Origin: Bacteroidales bacterium
Lineage (GTDB): Bacteria > Bacteroidota > Bacteroidia > Bacteroidales > FEN-979
Length of the DNA: 64,000 nt
Direction of reading: 5' to 3'
NCBI GenBank assembly: GCA_025355465.1
Contig: JANXZO010000075.1
Span: forward strand, 51,564 to 115,563
Shown here: one piece after another, positions 26,045 through 36,264 of the stretch
Layout: every line of letters begins with the position of its first letter
Numbering within the stretch: the first letter of the stretch is position 1
Translations under genes and position numbers: made by a program
The notes under the pieces: generated by a model
Told to the model about the DNA's origin: nothing
What the model saw: the letters and a program-made list of their open reading frames with translations, nothing else
Databases searched by the model: none

Positions 26045-27664
26045 ATGGAAAACAGACGATTTAACCCTTACCTGCCCATCTGGTTCGCCCTGGTTCTGGT
26101 GGGGGGTGTAGTGCTTGGAATCTTTCTCGGGATGCGCTCAGGCAGCATCATGCCTTTCAAAAAAATTGGAGGCAAGGTGAATGAGGTGATCGACTATGTT
26201 CACAGCAACTATGTTGACACGCTCAGCACGAAGGCGGTGGAAGAGAAAGCCATCACCGGAATGCTCGAAAAGCTGGATCCCCATTCGGTTTACATCTCGG
26301 CCGATGAATTTCACAAGGCCAACGACCCGCTGCTGGGTAGTTTTGAAGGGATTGGCGTACAGTTCCGCCTCGAAAACGATACGGTGGTCGTCATCACGCC
26401 GGTTTCCGGCGGCCCCAGCGAAAAACTGGGCATCCGCGCCGGCGACAGGATCGTAATTGTCGACGGCAAAAAGATCGCCGGCATCAAGATCACCAACAAC
26501 GATGTGATGCGAAAACTCAAAGGGCCCAAAGGCACTGAAGTGAAGGTGAAGATCTTCCGGCGCGGTGTGGCCGGTCTGCTCGATTTCACCATCGAACGCG
26601 ATGTGATCCCCACCTACAGCATGGATGTGGCATACATGGTAGAGCCCGGAGTCGGATACATCCGGCTCAATAATTTCTCCGCCACTACCCATGAAGAGGT
26701 GCACCATGCGCTTCAAACCCTCATCCGGTCCGGCATGAAGAAACTGATCCTCGACCTGCGCGGGAATGGCGGCGGATACCTGAATGCAGCCATCGAGGTG
26801 GCCGATGAGTTCCTGCCCGCCGGCACGCTGATCGTTTACACGCAAGGGATGCACCATGCCCGGGAGGTGGCCAATGCCACGAGCCAGGGCCTCTTCGAAA
26901 AAGGAGAGCTGGTCGTGATGGTCGATGAATGGTCGGCTTCCGCCTCCGAGATCGTGGCAGGCGCCATTCAGGACAACGACCGCGGGACCATTCTTGGACG
27001 TCGCTCTTTTGGGAAAGGACTCGTGCAGGAGCAGCTGAACTTCAAAGACGGGAGTGCGGTACGGCTTACCGTTGCCAGATATTACACCCCTACCGGCCGG
27101 TGTATCCAGAAATCCTATAAGGACGGAGCGGAGGTGTACAACAGCGATTATATACATCGTTACATGAAGGGAGAGCTGGAGCACCCCGACAGCATCAAAT
27201 TTGCCGACTCACTGAAATTCCGCACCCCGAAAGGGAAAACGGTGTATGGCGGCGGCGGCATCATGCCCGATGTTTACATCCCGCTCGAAAAGGACTCTGC
27301 CCTTATCTATTACAACCTCTCTGTGAACAAAGGACTTCTTTACCAATGGGCCTTCGATTATACCGACCGCAACCGGCCGCAGCTGCAGCGTTTCAACGAC
27401 GTTGACAAGTTCGACCGGGGCTTCTTCATCACCGATGCCATGTACCAGGATTACATCCGGTACGCCGCCGGCAAAGGCGTGAAGCACGAAGGGAAAGGGC
27501 TGGCCAAATCAGATCAGCACTGCAAAGTGATGCTGAAGGCCTACATTGGCCGCAACCTGCTCGACAACGAAGGTTTTTACCCCATCATGAACACCATCGA
27601 TCCGGCTTTCAACAAAGCCGTCGAAACCATCAAATTAACTAACCTTAAAGCCCAAATACCATGA
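26045..27664 (+). CDS. S41 C-terminal processing peptidase (CtpA/Prc-like)
   Basis: LDPHS, PDZ (FEGIG), DLRGNGGG, SASASEI, SFGKG, GGGIMPD. Confidence 0.95.
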   Translation: MENRRFNPYLPIWFALVLVGGVVLGIFLGMRSGSIMPFKKIGGKVNEVIDYVHSNYVDTLSTKAVEEKAITGMLEKLDPHSVYISADEFHKANDPLLGSFEGIGVQFRLENDTVVVITPVSGGPSEKLGIRAGDRIVIVDGKKIAGIKITNNDVMRKLKGPKGTEVKVKIFRRGVAGLLDFTIERDVIPTYSMDVAYMVEPGVGYIRLNNFSATTHEEVHHALQTLIRSGMKKLILDLRGNGGGYLNAAIEVADEFLPAGTLIVYTQGMHHAREVANATSQGLFEKGELVVMVDEWSASASEIVAGAIQDNDRGTILGRRSFGKGLVQEQLNFKDGSAVRLTVARYYTPTGRCIQKSYKDGAEVYNSDYIHRYMKGELEHPDSIKFADSLKFRTPKGKTVYGGGGIMPDVYIPLEKDSALIYYNLSVNKGLLYQWAFDYTDRNRPQLQRFNDVDKFDRGFFITDAMYQDYIRYAAGKGVKHEGKGLAKSDQHCKVMLKAYIGRNLLDNEGFYPIMNTIDPAFNKAVETIKLTNLKAQIP

Positions 27665-28232
27665 CCCACGAACTGCCAAAATTGCCTTATGCCATGGAAG
27701 CGCTGGAGCCCTTCATTTCGAAACGCACCATCGAATACCATTATGGCAAACATCATCAGGCTTATGTAAACAACCTGAACAAGCTGATCACCGGCACCGC
27801 ATTTGAAAATTCCTCCCTGGAGGATATCGTACGCACAGCCGCCGGCGGAATCTTCAATAACGGGGCCCAGGTGTGGAACCACACCTTCACTGGAACTGCC
27901 TCAAGCCGCAGGGCGGAGGGGATCCCACTGGCGCACTGGCCGAAGCCCTCGTGAAGAATTTCGGTTCAATATCCGAATTCAGGGAAAAATTCTCAACCTC
28001 CGCCGCCACCCTCTTTGGTTCGGGCTGGGCCTGGCTGATCAGAAAAGAGGATGGATCGCTGGAAATCGTTCAGGAGAGCAATGCAGGCAACCCGCTTAAA
28101 TATGGCGCCACCCCGTTGCTTACCTGCGATGTTTGGGAACATGCCTACTATCTCGACAAACAGAATGTACGGCCCGATTATATCGCCGACTTCTGGAAGC
28201 TGGTGGATTGGAACAGCGTAGCCGGAAGGTAA
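27661..28232 (+). pseudogene. sodB: Fe/Mn superoxide dismutase with a single -1 frameshift at ~27889 (real or sequencing error)
   Basis: LPKLPY...HYGKHHQAYV...VWNHTF in one frame; FGSGWAW...CDVWEHAYY in the next; TTC-AC-TGG where F-Y-W (TTC TAC TGG) is expected. Confidence 0.88.
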
Positions 28233-28234
28233 CG

Positions 28235-28747
28235 TTAAAATTCAAAAGCCAGCCCTATTTTCGGCAGGAAATGAAACTGCTGGAAACTTGCTGCAGCAAA
28301 TACGCTCCACCTCAGGTTGGCGGCTTTGGTGTAGAATGACCAGCCAAAACGGGGGTCAATCACTGGTCCTTTGTCATCACCCCAGCTATCGCCGGTCCAG
28401 GTGCTCCATGAATAACCACCGCGGATAGCGATGTAAGTGTAGTGCGTTTTGGCTTCACTGATGTTGCGCAGGTTGAACCTGAGCTGTCCGTAAATGGTGA
28501 TGTTTTCTGTATTGTAGGTGGAAAGACCTGCCCCCAGCGAAAAGGTGTTGGAAAACTGGTATCCGTGGGTGGTAAACACCTCCAGCATCATCCGGGGATC
28601 GACGTTTTTAGGGAAAGTGGCGCCAACAGCTACTCCGGCATCGAAAAAATAGCCCTTGTTGTGAACGCTGTACGACTTTTTCTTTGCCTGGGCACCCGAT
28701 ACAACAAAACAAAAAAGCAATAGGAAAATGGTAGTCTTTGTCTTCAT
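28235..28747 (-). CDS. Small outer-membrane beta-barrel hypothetical protein
   Basis: Signal peptide; THGYQF...LGAG; C-terminal IGLAFEF; start uncertain. Confidence 0.65.
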   Translation of the reverse strand: MKTKTTIFLLLFCFVVSGAQAKKKSYSVHNKGYFFDAGVAVGATFPKNVDPRMMLEVFTTHGYQFSNTFSLGAGLSTYNTENITIYGQLRFNLRNISEAKTHYTYIAIRGGYSWSTWTGDSWGDDKGPVIDPRFGWSFYTKAANLRWSVFAAASFQQFHFLPKIGLAFEF

Positions 28748-28758
28748 CCCGCACATAG

Positions 28759-29952
28759 CTAAATCAGTAAATGGAGCATACAATAGGTGTAAAAGTCCTG
28801 GCCAGCCTCCTTGTGGTCCTTGTTGGGGATGTCTACTTTCATGACATCACAGCCTGCCATTAAAAAGGCCTTGTAGGCGCTGTCGGTATTTTCGTAAGGA
28901 ACAATGGTGTCTTTGGTCGCATGCAGCAGGGTCACCTTTGCCCTGGGCTTCCAGTTGGTGATCTTTCCGTAAACGATCAGACTGTTTTTCTCCAGGGCCT
29001 TGAGGAACTTGACCGTGTTGGGATTTGTTCTGTCGAAGGCCTCCGGCGCCATGATATTGGTGAGTTTGGTCTCGTTCATCATGGCGGTAACCTCATCGGT
29101 GGTATGATTTTTCGAGAGGATCCACTCCTTGTACTTGGAATAAAGCGGCTCCTTAAACATCTTTTTCATGTCCAGGTCCAGGTTTTCTCCATAATCGATG
29201 CCCAGCACCAGTAAAGGGATGGTAACGGGTTGACTGCTGTAATCCTTCAGCACAAAGGTATCGTACGACTTTATCAGGTCGTAGGCGCCACCCCCTGCAA
29301 AAACCTGATCAATCACAAAGGCATCCTGGTATTCGGGGTTGGTCTCCACAAACCTCAGGAAACAAAGCGAGGCCTGGCCCCCCTGCGAATAGCCCATCAC
29401 GGTGACTTTGTGGGCCACCTTTCTGCTGATGGAGGCGAAATACTCTTTGGCAGCCAGCAGCATATCAGCCGAAACCTGGCCTGTGCTTACCACGTCGTAA
29501 TAGGGGTGCGTTTCTCCCTTTGTAGCGCCGTATCCGATATAATCGGGGGCCACCACCACATAGCCGAACAGCGTGAACAGCCCTTCGGTTACGGCCATCT
29601 TCTGCGAAGGAGCCTCATAGTTCGCCCCTAAGGTAAAATGCAACCCGAGGATGGTTCCCAGCCGCTCATAATTCACATCGGTAACCGGGTAAAAAATGGC
29701 GCCCGAGGCAAGGATGGGATTCCCCTTGGGGTCAACGGTGTTGTAAATGATGGAAACGACCCTGATTTTTTTGTTCGGCAAGGCTTTGTAAAGGGTGGAG
29801 TTCGGATTTTGTTTCAGTCGTTCCGCCAGCATGTATTTGTCGATAACCTCCGATTTTTCTACACTGACCAGGAAGAAAAATTCGTTCAGCGGTTCCTTCT
29901 TGCACGAATAAAGGCCAATGATAAGCAGGCAATAAAACAATGTCTTTTTCAT
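28759..29952 (-). CDS. Alpha/beta hydrolase lipoprotein (secretory lipase-like)
   Basis: Lipobox LYSC; APDYIGYG; nucleophile GYSQG; H..KD.IVP; C-terminal His. Confidence 0.85.
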   Translation of the reverse strand: MKKTLFYCLLIIGLYSCKKEPLNEFFFLVSVEKSEVIDKYMLAERLKQNPNSTLYKALPNKKIRVVSIIYNTVDPKGNPILASGAIFYPVTDVNYERLGTILGLHFTLGANYEAPSQKMAVTEGLFTLFGYVVVAPDYIGYGATKGETHPYYDVVSTGQVSADMLLAAKEYFASISRKVAHKVTVMGYSQGGQASLCFLRFVETNPEYQDAFVIDQVFAGGGAYDLIKSYDTFVLKDYSSQPVTIPLLVLGIDYGENLDLDMKKMFKEPLYSKYKEWILSKNHTTDEVTAMMNETKLTNIMAPEAFDRTNPNTVKFLKALEKNSLIVYGKITNWKPRAKVTLLHATKDTIVPYENTDSAYKAFLMAGCDVMKVDIPNKDHKEAGQDFYTYCMLHLLI

Positions 29953-29978
29953 GATCCGGTAGGGTATTTACGATCCAG

Positions 29979-30590
29979 TTAAAAAAGAAAGGCACAGGTA
30001 AGTTCGAGACCCTGCTGTTTCAGGGCGGCATAGTCTTCGGAATTGATCCGGTTCAGGTTCCAGCGGTATCTTCCTTCGATCTGGAATTTCCACAGGTCGA
30101 AGCCCAACCCTGCACTCACCCCGAAAAAGAATTTGTTGATGTTGCTCTTTACCCACGATTCGTCCTTGTCGAGCAGGTAGAAGATGTCTCCCTGATAATT
30201 GACAATGTAGGAGCCATAAATGTTTCCCAGGACATAGGGCCTGAAGATCTTGCTCAGCTGCAGCCCCACTTTAAAATTGACGGGAAGGTCGATGGTCTGG
30301 ATGGTGGTTATGCAATCTGTTACGTAGATCAGATCTACATCCGTGGTGGAATTGGTGAACACGAGTTCAGGTACCACGGAGTAGTTTACGAAGCCTCCTG
30401 TTTTGTACTGGAAAAGTACGCCAAAGGTCCAGCCCGATTTGGCATCGAAATCGGAATAGTAGCCTTTGCCATAGTTTTCGAGAGAAATGTAGTTAATCCC
30501 GGCCTTAATGCCGAATCTGTAGGGTCGTTGCTGGGCGAAGCCATTGCCCGTTGCCAGAACCACCAGTAGTATTGCGAGTATTTTTTTCAT
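29979..30590 (-). CDS. Outer-membrane beta-barrel (porin family) protein
   Basis: FGIKAGIN start, IDLPV, G.SAGLG, EGRY, C-terminal AFLF. Confidence 0.8.
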   Translation of the reverse strand: MKKILAILLVVLATGNGFAQQRPYRFGIKAGINYISLENYGKGYYSDFDAKSGWTFGVLFQYKTGGFVNYSVVPELVFTNSTTDVDLIYVTDCITTIQTIDLPVNFKVGLQLSKIFRPYVLGNIYGSYIVNYQGDIFYLLDKDESWVKSNINKFFFGVSAGLGFDLWKFQIEGRYRWNLNRINSEDYAALKQQGLELTCAFLF

Positions 30591-30602
30591 ATCCCTGGGT
30601 CA

Positions 30603-32441
30603 TTATTCCACCGTTACACTTTTCGCAAGGTTTCTCGGTTGATCAACATTGCAGTTGCGCATCACGGCGATGTGGTAGGAGAGCATCTGAAGCGGCACGG
30701 TGGCCAGCAGCGGGATGAGCATCTCCTCCGAATCGGGTATCTCGATGTAGTGGTCGGCCAGCCGTTTCACCGATTCATCTCCTTCGGTGATGATGGCGAT
30801 GATCTTTCCTTTGCGGGCTTTCACCTCTTCGATGTTGGTGATCACCTTGTCGTAGATGCCGCGCCGCGTGGCAATGAACACCACCGGCATCAACTCGTCG
30901 ATGAGGGCGATGGGGCCATGTTTCATCTCGGCAGCAGGGTAACCCTCCGCATGGATGTAAGAGATCTCTTTTAGTTTCAGCGCTCCTTCCAGGGCAACCG
31001 GGAAGTTATATCCCCGCCCGAGGTAAAGGGAGTTCTTCACATCTTTATATATGTGTGCGATGGCCTTGATCTTGTCGTTCAGCTTGAGGATCCGCTCCAC
31101 CTTGGCAGGGATTGCATCAAGTTCAAAAAGCAGCTTGACGAATTCCGATTTGGGCAGGGTCCCTTTTTTCTGCGCAAGCAGGAGTCCGATGAGGGTGAGT
31201 ACTGCAACCTGGGCGGTGAAAGCCTTCGTGGAGGCGACCCCGATCTCGGGGCCGGCGTGGGTGTAAACCCCGGCGTGGGTAGCCCGGGCGATGGAGGAGC
31301 CCACAACATTGCAGATGCCCAGCACAGTGGCTCCCTTCGATTTGGCCAGGTCGATGGCCGCCAGGGTGTCGGCGGTCTCTCCTGATTGCGAAATGGCGAG
31401 TACCACATCATCTTCGTACAACACCGGATTGCGGTAGCGGAATTCGGAGGAGTACTCCACCTCCACCGGGATACGGGCCAGGTCTTCAATAAGGTATTCG
31501 CCCACCAGACCGGCATGCCACGAGGTGCCGCAAGCCGTGATGATGATCCGCTTGGCATTGATGATCTTTTGTTCGTAATCCTTGATGCCGCCCAGCGACA
31601 CGATCCCTTCGGCCACATGAATGCGGCCGCGCATCGAGTCGTAGATGGAACGCGGCTGCTCGTAGATCTCCTTGAGCATAAAGTGATCGAATCCTCCCTT
31701 CTCAATCTCGCTCAGACTCAGCTCCAGCTTCTGAATATAAGGCGTCTGCGACTGATTCCTGATGGTCTTGATCCTAAGATCATGGTCCCGCTCAATAATG
31801 GCGATCTCCTCATCGTTCAGGTAGACGACATTGTTGGTGTACTCCACAATGGGGGTGGCATCGGAGGCGACAAAAAATTCACCTTCGCCTACGCCGATCA
31901 CCATCGGGCTCCCCTTACGGGCGGCAATGATCTTATCGGGAAATTCACGGGCAATGATTACGATGGCATAGGCGCCGATCACCTGGTTGAGGGCGATGCG
32001 TACAGCCTCTTCAACAGCGACATTCTCGTTGCTGATGATGTCTTCGATGAGATGCACCAGCACCTCGGTGTCTGTTTCGCTGGCAAATTTATAACCGCGG
32101 TTGATCAGCTCACTTCTCAGCACGGCGTAGTTCTCGATGATGCCGTTGTGGATAATGGCCAGGGTCTTGTTTTGAGAAAAATGGGGATGGGCGTTGATGT
32201 AGTTGGGTTCGCCATGGGTGGCCCAGCGGGTGTGGGCCATGCCTACATTTCCCGACAGGTTCTTTCCGACCACGTACTCTTCGAGATCGGATACTTTTCC
32301 TTTACATTTATAAATGTTCAGGTCTTCGCTCAGGAGACACACCCCTGCGCTGTCATAACCCCTGTATTCGAGGCGGCGGAGTCCGCTGATGAGAATGGGA
32401 TAGGCATCCCTGGGACCTATATAGGCTACAATTCCACACAT
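30603..32441 (-). CDS. glmS: Glutamine-fructose-6-phosphate transaminase
   Basis: MCGIV start, LEYRGYDSAG, HTRWATHG, SQSGETADT, PRNLAKSVTVE. Confidence 0.98.
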   Translation of the reverse strand: MCGIVAYIGPRDAYPILISGLRRLEYRGYDSAGVCLLSEDLNIYKCKGKVSDLEEYVVGKNLSGNVGMAHTRWATHGEPNYINAHPHFSQNKTLAIIHNGIIENYAVLRSELINRGYKFASETDTEVLVHLIEDIISNENVAVEEAVRIALNQVIGAYAIVIIAREFPDKIIAARKGSPMVIGVGEGEFFVASDATPIVEYTNNVVYLNDEEIAIIERDHDLRIKTIRNQSQTPYIQKLELSLSEIEKGGFDHFMLKEIYEQPRSIYDSMRGRIHVAEGIVSLGGIKDYEQKIINAKRIIITACGTSWHAGLVGEYLIEDLARIPVEVEYSSEFRYRNPVLYEDDVVLAISQSGETADTLAAIDLAKSKGATVLGICNVVGSSIARATHAGVYTHAGPEIGVASTKAFTAQVAVLTLIGLLLAQKKGTLPKSEFVKLLFELDAIPAKVERILKLNDKIKAIAHIYKDVKNSLYLGRGYNFPVALEGALKLKEISYIHAEGYPAAEMKHGPIALIDELMPVVFIATRRGIYDKVITNIEEVKARKGKIIAIITEGDESVKRLADHYIEIPDSEEMLIPLLATVPLQMLSYHIAVMRNCNVDQPRNLAKSVTVE

Positions 32442-32532
32442 GGTGTTTAGATTTTTCAACCAAAGATATCGGAATATAATGGAAATGTCAAATAATAATT
32501 TTCTTCGCGAAGGTAAGTTTCGCAATGAAAAA

Positions 32533-33876
32533 TTATTTGAGCAGGGTGTAGGTCACCTTTAGTTTGAACCGTTCGGGAAACTGTGGACCGGTTCCGTTAA
32601 GCACGATCCTGTTCGGATAAAGCACGCTGCTGGTGGGGTTGTTTACCAGCATATACAAGTCGTATTTGCCGGTGTAATAGTTCGCTAGCACTTTCTGCAT
32701 GTAGCGGGTGATCCGGAAGAAATAGGTTCTTTTCGATTCGTTGTAGGTGCCCCCGAAATACTGCTCGCCTTCGTTGGAGTCGATCAGGAAGGCGATACGG
32801 CCGATACTGTCCTGCCGCACAATGGTGAGCGACGGCGGCGGTCCGTAGTTGGTATCGTTCTCGGCATTCTTGAACAGGATGAGTGCATCGTTGATGATGG
32901 CACGACCCTTTCCGAAGGTTTTCATGAAGGGAAAACGAAGCTTGATCTTCACGCCGGCCAGCCCCTGCAGAAACAACTTGTTGGCTCCCGCTGCGGAGTC
33001 GCGCGAGAGGATCTGGAGCTTCAGGTCCTGGCTTGCGTCCAGGTAGCTGTTGTGGTTGAGGTTCATAAACCGGGTGCAGCTGCTTGTGATCAGCATGTTG
33101 AAGCTGAGCGAATCTCTTGCGGGGTTTTCGCCGTCGTGGTAGTAAGCTACCAGCTGAGAGCTCCCGTCGCCGAGTTTGAAATTAAGCAGGGCGCCGCCGT
33201 AATTCACCGGGGTCGACTGGATGTAGAGCCCCCGCATGAAGTCCACAAAGGCCGAATTCAGGGCCAGTGCGCTCTTGGGCGCATAGAGGATCTTGTTGCC
33301 CAGGTAGTTTGTCATGTTGCTGAGGTTGATCCTCAGGTGGGCAGCCATCTTCTTGCCGCCTACTTTTACGCTGTCGGCCGGATGGGGCGTGAAATTCTGA
33401 TCTGCCAGCAGGGCAGGGTAGGTGTCGAGCCGTCGGTTGGAATAATAGGCCGTGTCGGGTTCAAGCTTCTGGCTGAGTTCCCACACCTTCACATTCTGCA
33501 GGGTGGTGGTGTCGCCGTAATGATCCTGGTAAAAGAGCATCAGCACCAGCGAGTCGAGTACCGGCCGCGGTCCGAAATCGGCGCCCAGCGAAGAGAGGAT
33601 GAACTGGGTGTAAAGGCTGGAGGTCGTCTTCCCGAAAACAGGGTCCATCATGCTGCCGAGGATCAGCGAGGAGGCACGGTCGGTGCGGATCGAATCGACG
33701 CGTACCGAGAAGGCTTCTACCGTACAGGTGTCGGTGGTAAGCACGTTGAGGGTATCGCTGGGAGGCAGCAGGTCGATGCCCAGTTCGTAGGGATCCTTTT
33801 TGCAGGCAAAAAGCGAGAGGATGAGCAGGATGCTGATCAGCAGAGAGGCCGGAAGGCAGGCAAAAATTGATTTCAA
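32533..33876 (-). CDS. DUF4270-family lipoprotein
   Basis: Lipobox LFAC; G...DPVFG; LQGLAG; usual Bacteroidota position between glycogen synthase-like gene and glmS. Confidence 0.8.
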   Translation of the reverse strand: MKSIFACLPASLLISILLILSLFACKKDPYELGIDLLPPSDTLNVLTTDTCTVEAFSVRVDSIRTDRASSLILGSMMDPVFGKTTSSLYTQFILSSLGADFGPRPVLDSLVLMLFYQDHYGDTTTLQNVKVWELSQKLEPDTAYYSNRRLDTYPALLADQNFTPHPADSVKVGGKKMAAHLRINLSNMTNYLGNKILYAPKSALALNSAFVDFMRGLYIQSTPVNYGGALLNFKLGDGSSQLVAYYHDGENPARDSLSFNMLITSSCTRFMNLNHNSYLDASQDLKLQILSRDSAAGANKLFLQGLAGVKIKLRFPFMKTFGKGRAIINDALILFKNAENDTNYGPPPSLTIVRQDSIGRIAFLIDSNEGEQYFGGTYNESKRTYFFRITRYMQKVLANYYTGKYDLYMLVNNPTSSVLYPNRIVLNGTGPQFPERFKLKVTYTLLK

Positions 33877-33899
33877 GCAGGGATTATTTAGCAGTTCAG

Positions 33900-34727
33900 T
33901 TAATCAACAACAACCGGTTCGTTTACCAGCACCTCGTCGTAGAAGTCGTTGTAGGCATCTACGTAACGGTCCATGGGCTGAAAGTCGAGGCAGGGCTTCT
34001 CGGTATCCTTGATGTATTTGATCAGCTCCGGGTTCACAGTGGGCGACCCGATGATCACACCGTCGGAGAAATCGATGGCTGCCTTAATTACATTAACGTA
34101 GTTTGGCGTCTTATAGTGTTTGAGGTCTTTCGCAGTGATCCCTTCGAGTTTCACCTTGGTGGCAAAATCCTTGTGCAGCGTCTCATCAAAATCATCATCG
34201 TAAATGGAATAGATCACCTTGGTTTCACTGAACAGGGGGTTGTCGCAGTAGGCACGCTTGATGTAAAGGGGCGTCAGACTGGTCATCCAGCCGTGGCAAT
34301 GCACAATGTCGGGGCCCCATCCCAGTTTCTTTACCGTTTCGAGCACCCCGCGCGAATAAAAGATCGCCCGTTCGTCGTTGTCGTTGAAAAATTTGTTGCT
34401 CTTGTCGTGAAGCGTGTACTTGCGCTGAAAGTAATCCTCGTTGTCGATAAAATAGATCTGCATGCGGGCCTGCTGAATGGAGGCCACTTTGATGATGAGC
34501 GGATGGTCGGTGTCGTCGATGATCAGGTTCATCCCCGAAAGGCGGATGACTTCGTGAAGCTGGTTTCTGCGTTCGTTGATGCTGCCGTAACGTGGCATAA
34601 ATGTGCGGATTTCCCTTCCCTTTTCCTGGATTCCCTGAGGGAGGTACCGGCCGATAATTCCCATGTGATTCTCTTTCAGATATGGAGTGATCTCCTGCGC
34701 AACAAACAAGATTTTGGCTTTTTCCAT
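33900..34727 (-). CDS. Glycogen/starch synthase catalytic-domain protein (Bacteroidota short form)
   Basis: EITPYL, EIRTFMPRYGSINERRNQLHEVIRLSG, DIVHCHGW. Confidence 0.9.
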   Translation of the reverse strand: MEKAKILFVAQEITPYLKENHMGIIGRYLPQGIQEKGREIRTFMPRYGSINERRNQLHEVIRLSGMNLIIDDTDHPLIIKVASIQQARMQIYFIDNEDYFQRKYTLHDKSNKFFNDNDERAIFYSRGVLETVKKLGWGPDIVHCHGWMTSLTPLYIKRAYCDNPLFSETKVIYSIYDDDFDETLHKDFATKVKLEGITAKDLKHYKTPNYVNVIKAAIDFSDGVIIGSPTVNPELIKYIKDTEKPCLDFQPMDRYVDAYNDFYDEVLVNEPVVVD

Positions 34728-35099
34728 GTTTTTCCTCCCGATTTGGTCCCTATTTGAAATTCGCTGCAAAGATAGTAAAAATTTTTCAGATAATTTCCAA
34801 GCGAATAGTGTAAAATAATGACAGTTATTCGATTATAATTTACTATGAACCCGGATGAAAAAAAAATCGCGTTTCTGAGTTTACCTTTTGCCTCCTTTCC
34901 CGATTAAGCATCAAATATCATTTGTAAAGGAGGTTTCTGCACCATGGATTGAGTAAAAAAATGGAGCCGTTTTTGTTCGCAGCACAGCAGAAAACGGATC
35001 GGGTAACAGGGATGTGTTTCCGCAACATAACATTCCGCCGGCGGCTGCCGGGGGCATAAACAGGCAGCAAAGAAGTCAAAACAAAAAAAAACTGAAGTC

Positions 35100-35537
35100 A
35101 TGAAAAAAATTTACACATTGCTGATGGTCACCCTGGTGGCCTTTATGATCACTCCGTTAACCTCAGAAGCAAAGCCTTTCTGGATACATTTCAAAATCGG
35201 CATCTTAGCCAAATGGAACATTACACTGGGAAGCGAATGCGAATCGAGCTGGGGACTTTGTCTTGCCCTGGGCGACAACATGGGACCCAACTATTTCGGG
35301 TACGACGTTGATGTTGACCAGTTTGCCATAAAGATCCCCAAAACTTCACCCGAAGCGAAATATTTCTCCCAGCCCACCTACGAACTCAAAGAGGACTCCC
35401 CTGTTGATCCCAAGCTGGTAGGCAAGTTCACCGGGTTCAATGCCGGCGGCAAAACCCTCACCATCAAAAAGGGCAACTACAAAGTAACCGATACCGGCGA
35501 AGAGTATATCATTACATTTGCCCATACCTTGCGGTAA
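35100..35537 (+). CDS. Exported hypothetical protein
   Basis: Signal peptide, C-x4-G-x-C pair, typical codon usage. Confidence 0.7.
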   Translation: MKKIYTLLMVTLVAFMITPLTSEAKPFWIHFKIGILAKWNITLGSECESSWGLCLALGDNMGPNYFGYDVDVDQFAIKIPKTSPEAKYFSQPTYELKEDSPVDPKLVGKFTGFNAGGKTLTIKKGNYKVTDTGEEYIITFAHTLR

Positions 35538-35574
35538 GCGAGAGGGCACACACTGCCCTCCCCTCTGGATCATC

Positions 35575-35625
35575 TACCGTCCCCAAACCCCTCCCTGCTT
35601 GCAGGGAGGGGGCAGGGGGAGGGTA
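35575..35625. repeat. REP-like GC-rich palindrome
   Basis: CCCCTCCCTGC-TT-GCAGGGAGGGG core, extended by CCCC/GGGG flanks. Confidence 0.55.
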
Positions 35626-35658
35626 AAAGAGAGTAAATCACACCAAAAATCATCCATT

Positions 35659-36264
35659 ATGAAAAACAACATCATCATCCTCTGCCTGATTCTGCTGGTA
35701 ACCGCCGGCTGCCGGCAAATCGTTTTCTGGAAGTACGACATGCACGCACCGGCGCCTGAAACACCCCAGAGCCTGACAGCCTTTCTCGGGGAGATGAAAC
35801 AGCCCCTTGTCAACCAGTTCATCTTCAGCGACTCAGCCTCCTACCTTAAGTTCATATGGGACCCATTCTTCAGCAAACACCTGATGAACACGGTCTTCTA
35901 CAATGAGGCCGGCTTCCTGAAGGGGTATGTCGATACTGTCAAATGCCAGTGGTCGGGCGGATATTACATTGCCCGGCTGAAAAAGGACACGATTTTCACC
36001 CCCGATACCTCCAACCGCTATCAGTCGCTGCTGAAGGCCCTCATCCCCCTCGGCAGTACCGGTGAAGCCACCGACACCGGCAACTACGATTACACCCTCG
36101 TCGTGACCTGGGGAAAATTCATCGGAAAATACAACGAACGCCTGTTTGCCAATGACCTGGCGGTGAGACAAAACCTGCGGGTAAAGATCCGCATCCTCTA
36201 TGTCAACATCGATATGCAGGCTGCCTGGCACCTGCGCAAAGAGCAGATGCTCCTCTTTAAATAG
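35659..36264 (+). CDS. Hypothetical lipoprotein
   Basis: Lipobox TAGC; C-terminal I.YVNID, possibly thioredoxin-like. Confidence 0.7.
   Translation: MKNNIIILCLILLVTAGCRQIVFWKYDMHAPAPETPQSLTAFLGEMKQPLVNQFIFSDSASYLKFIWDPFFSKHLMNTVFYNEAGFLKGYVDTVKCQWSGGYYIARLKKDTIFTPDTSNRYQSLLKALIPLGSTGEATDTGNYDYTLVVTWGKFIGKYNERLFANDLAVRQNLRVKIRILYVNIDMQAAWHLRKEQMLLFK

Noticed and set aside
32442..32532. glmS ribozyme
   Set aside because: Only ~90 nt of AT-rich spacer; no recognisable conserved core
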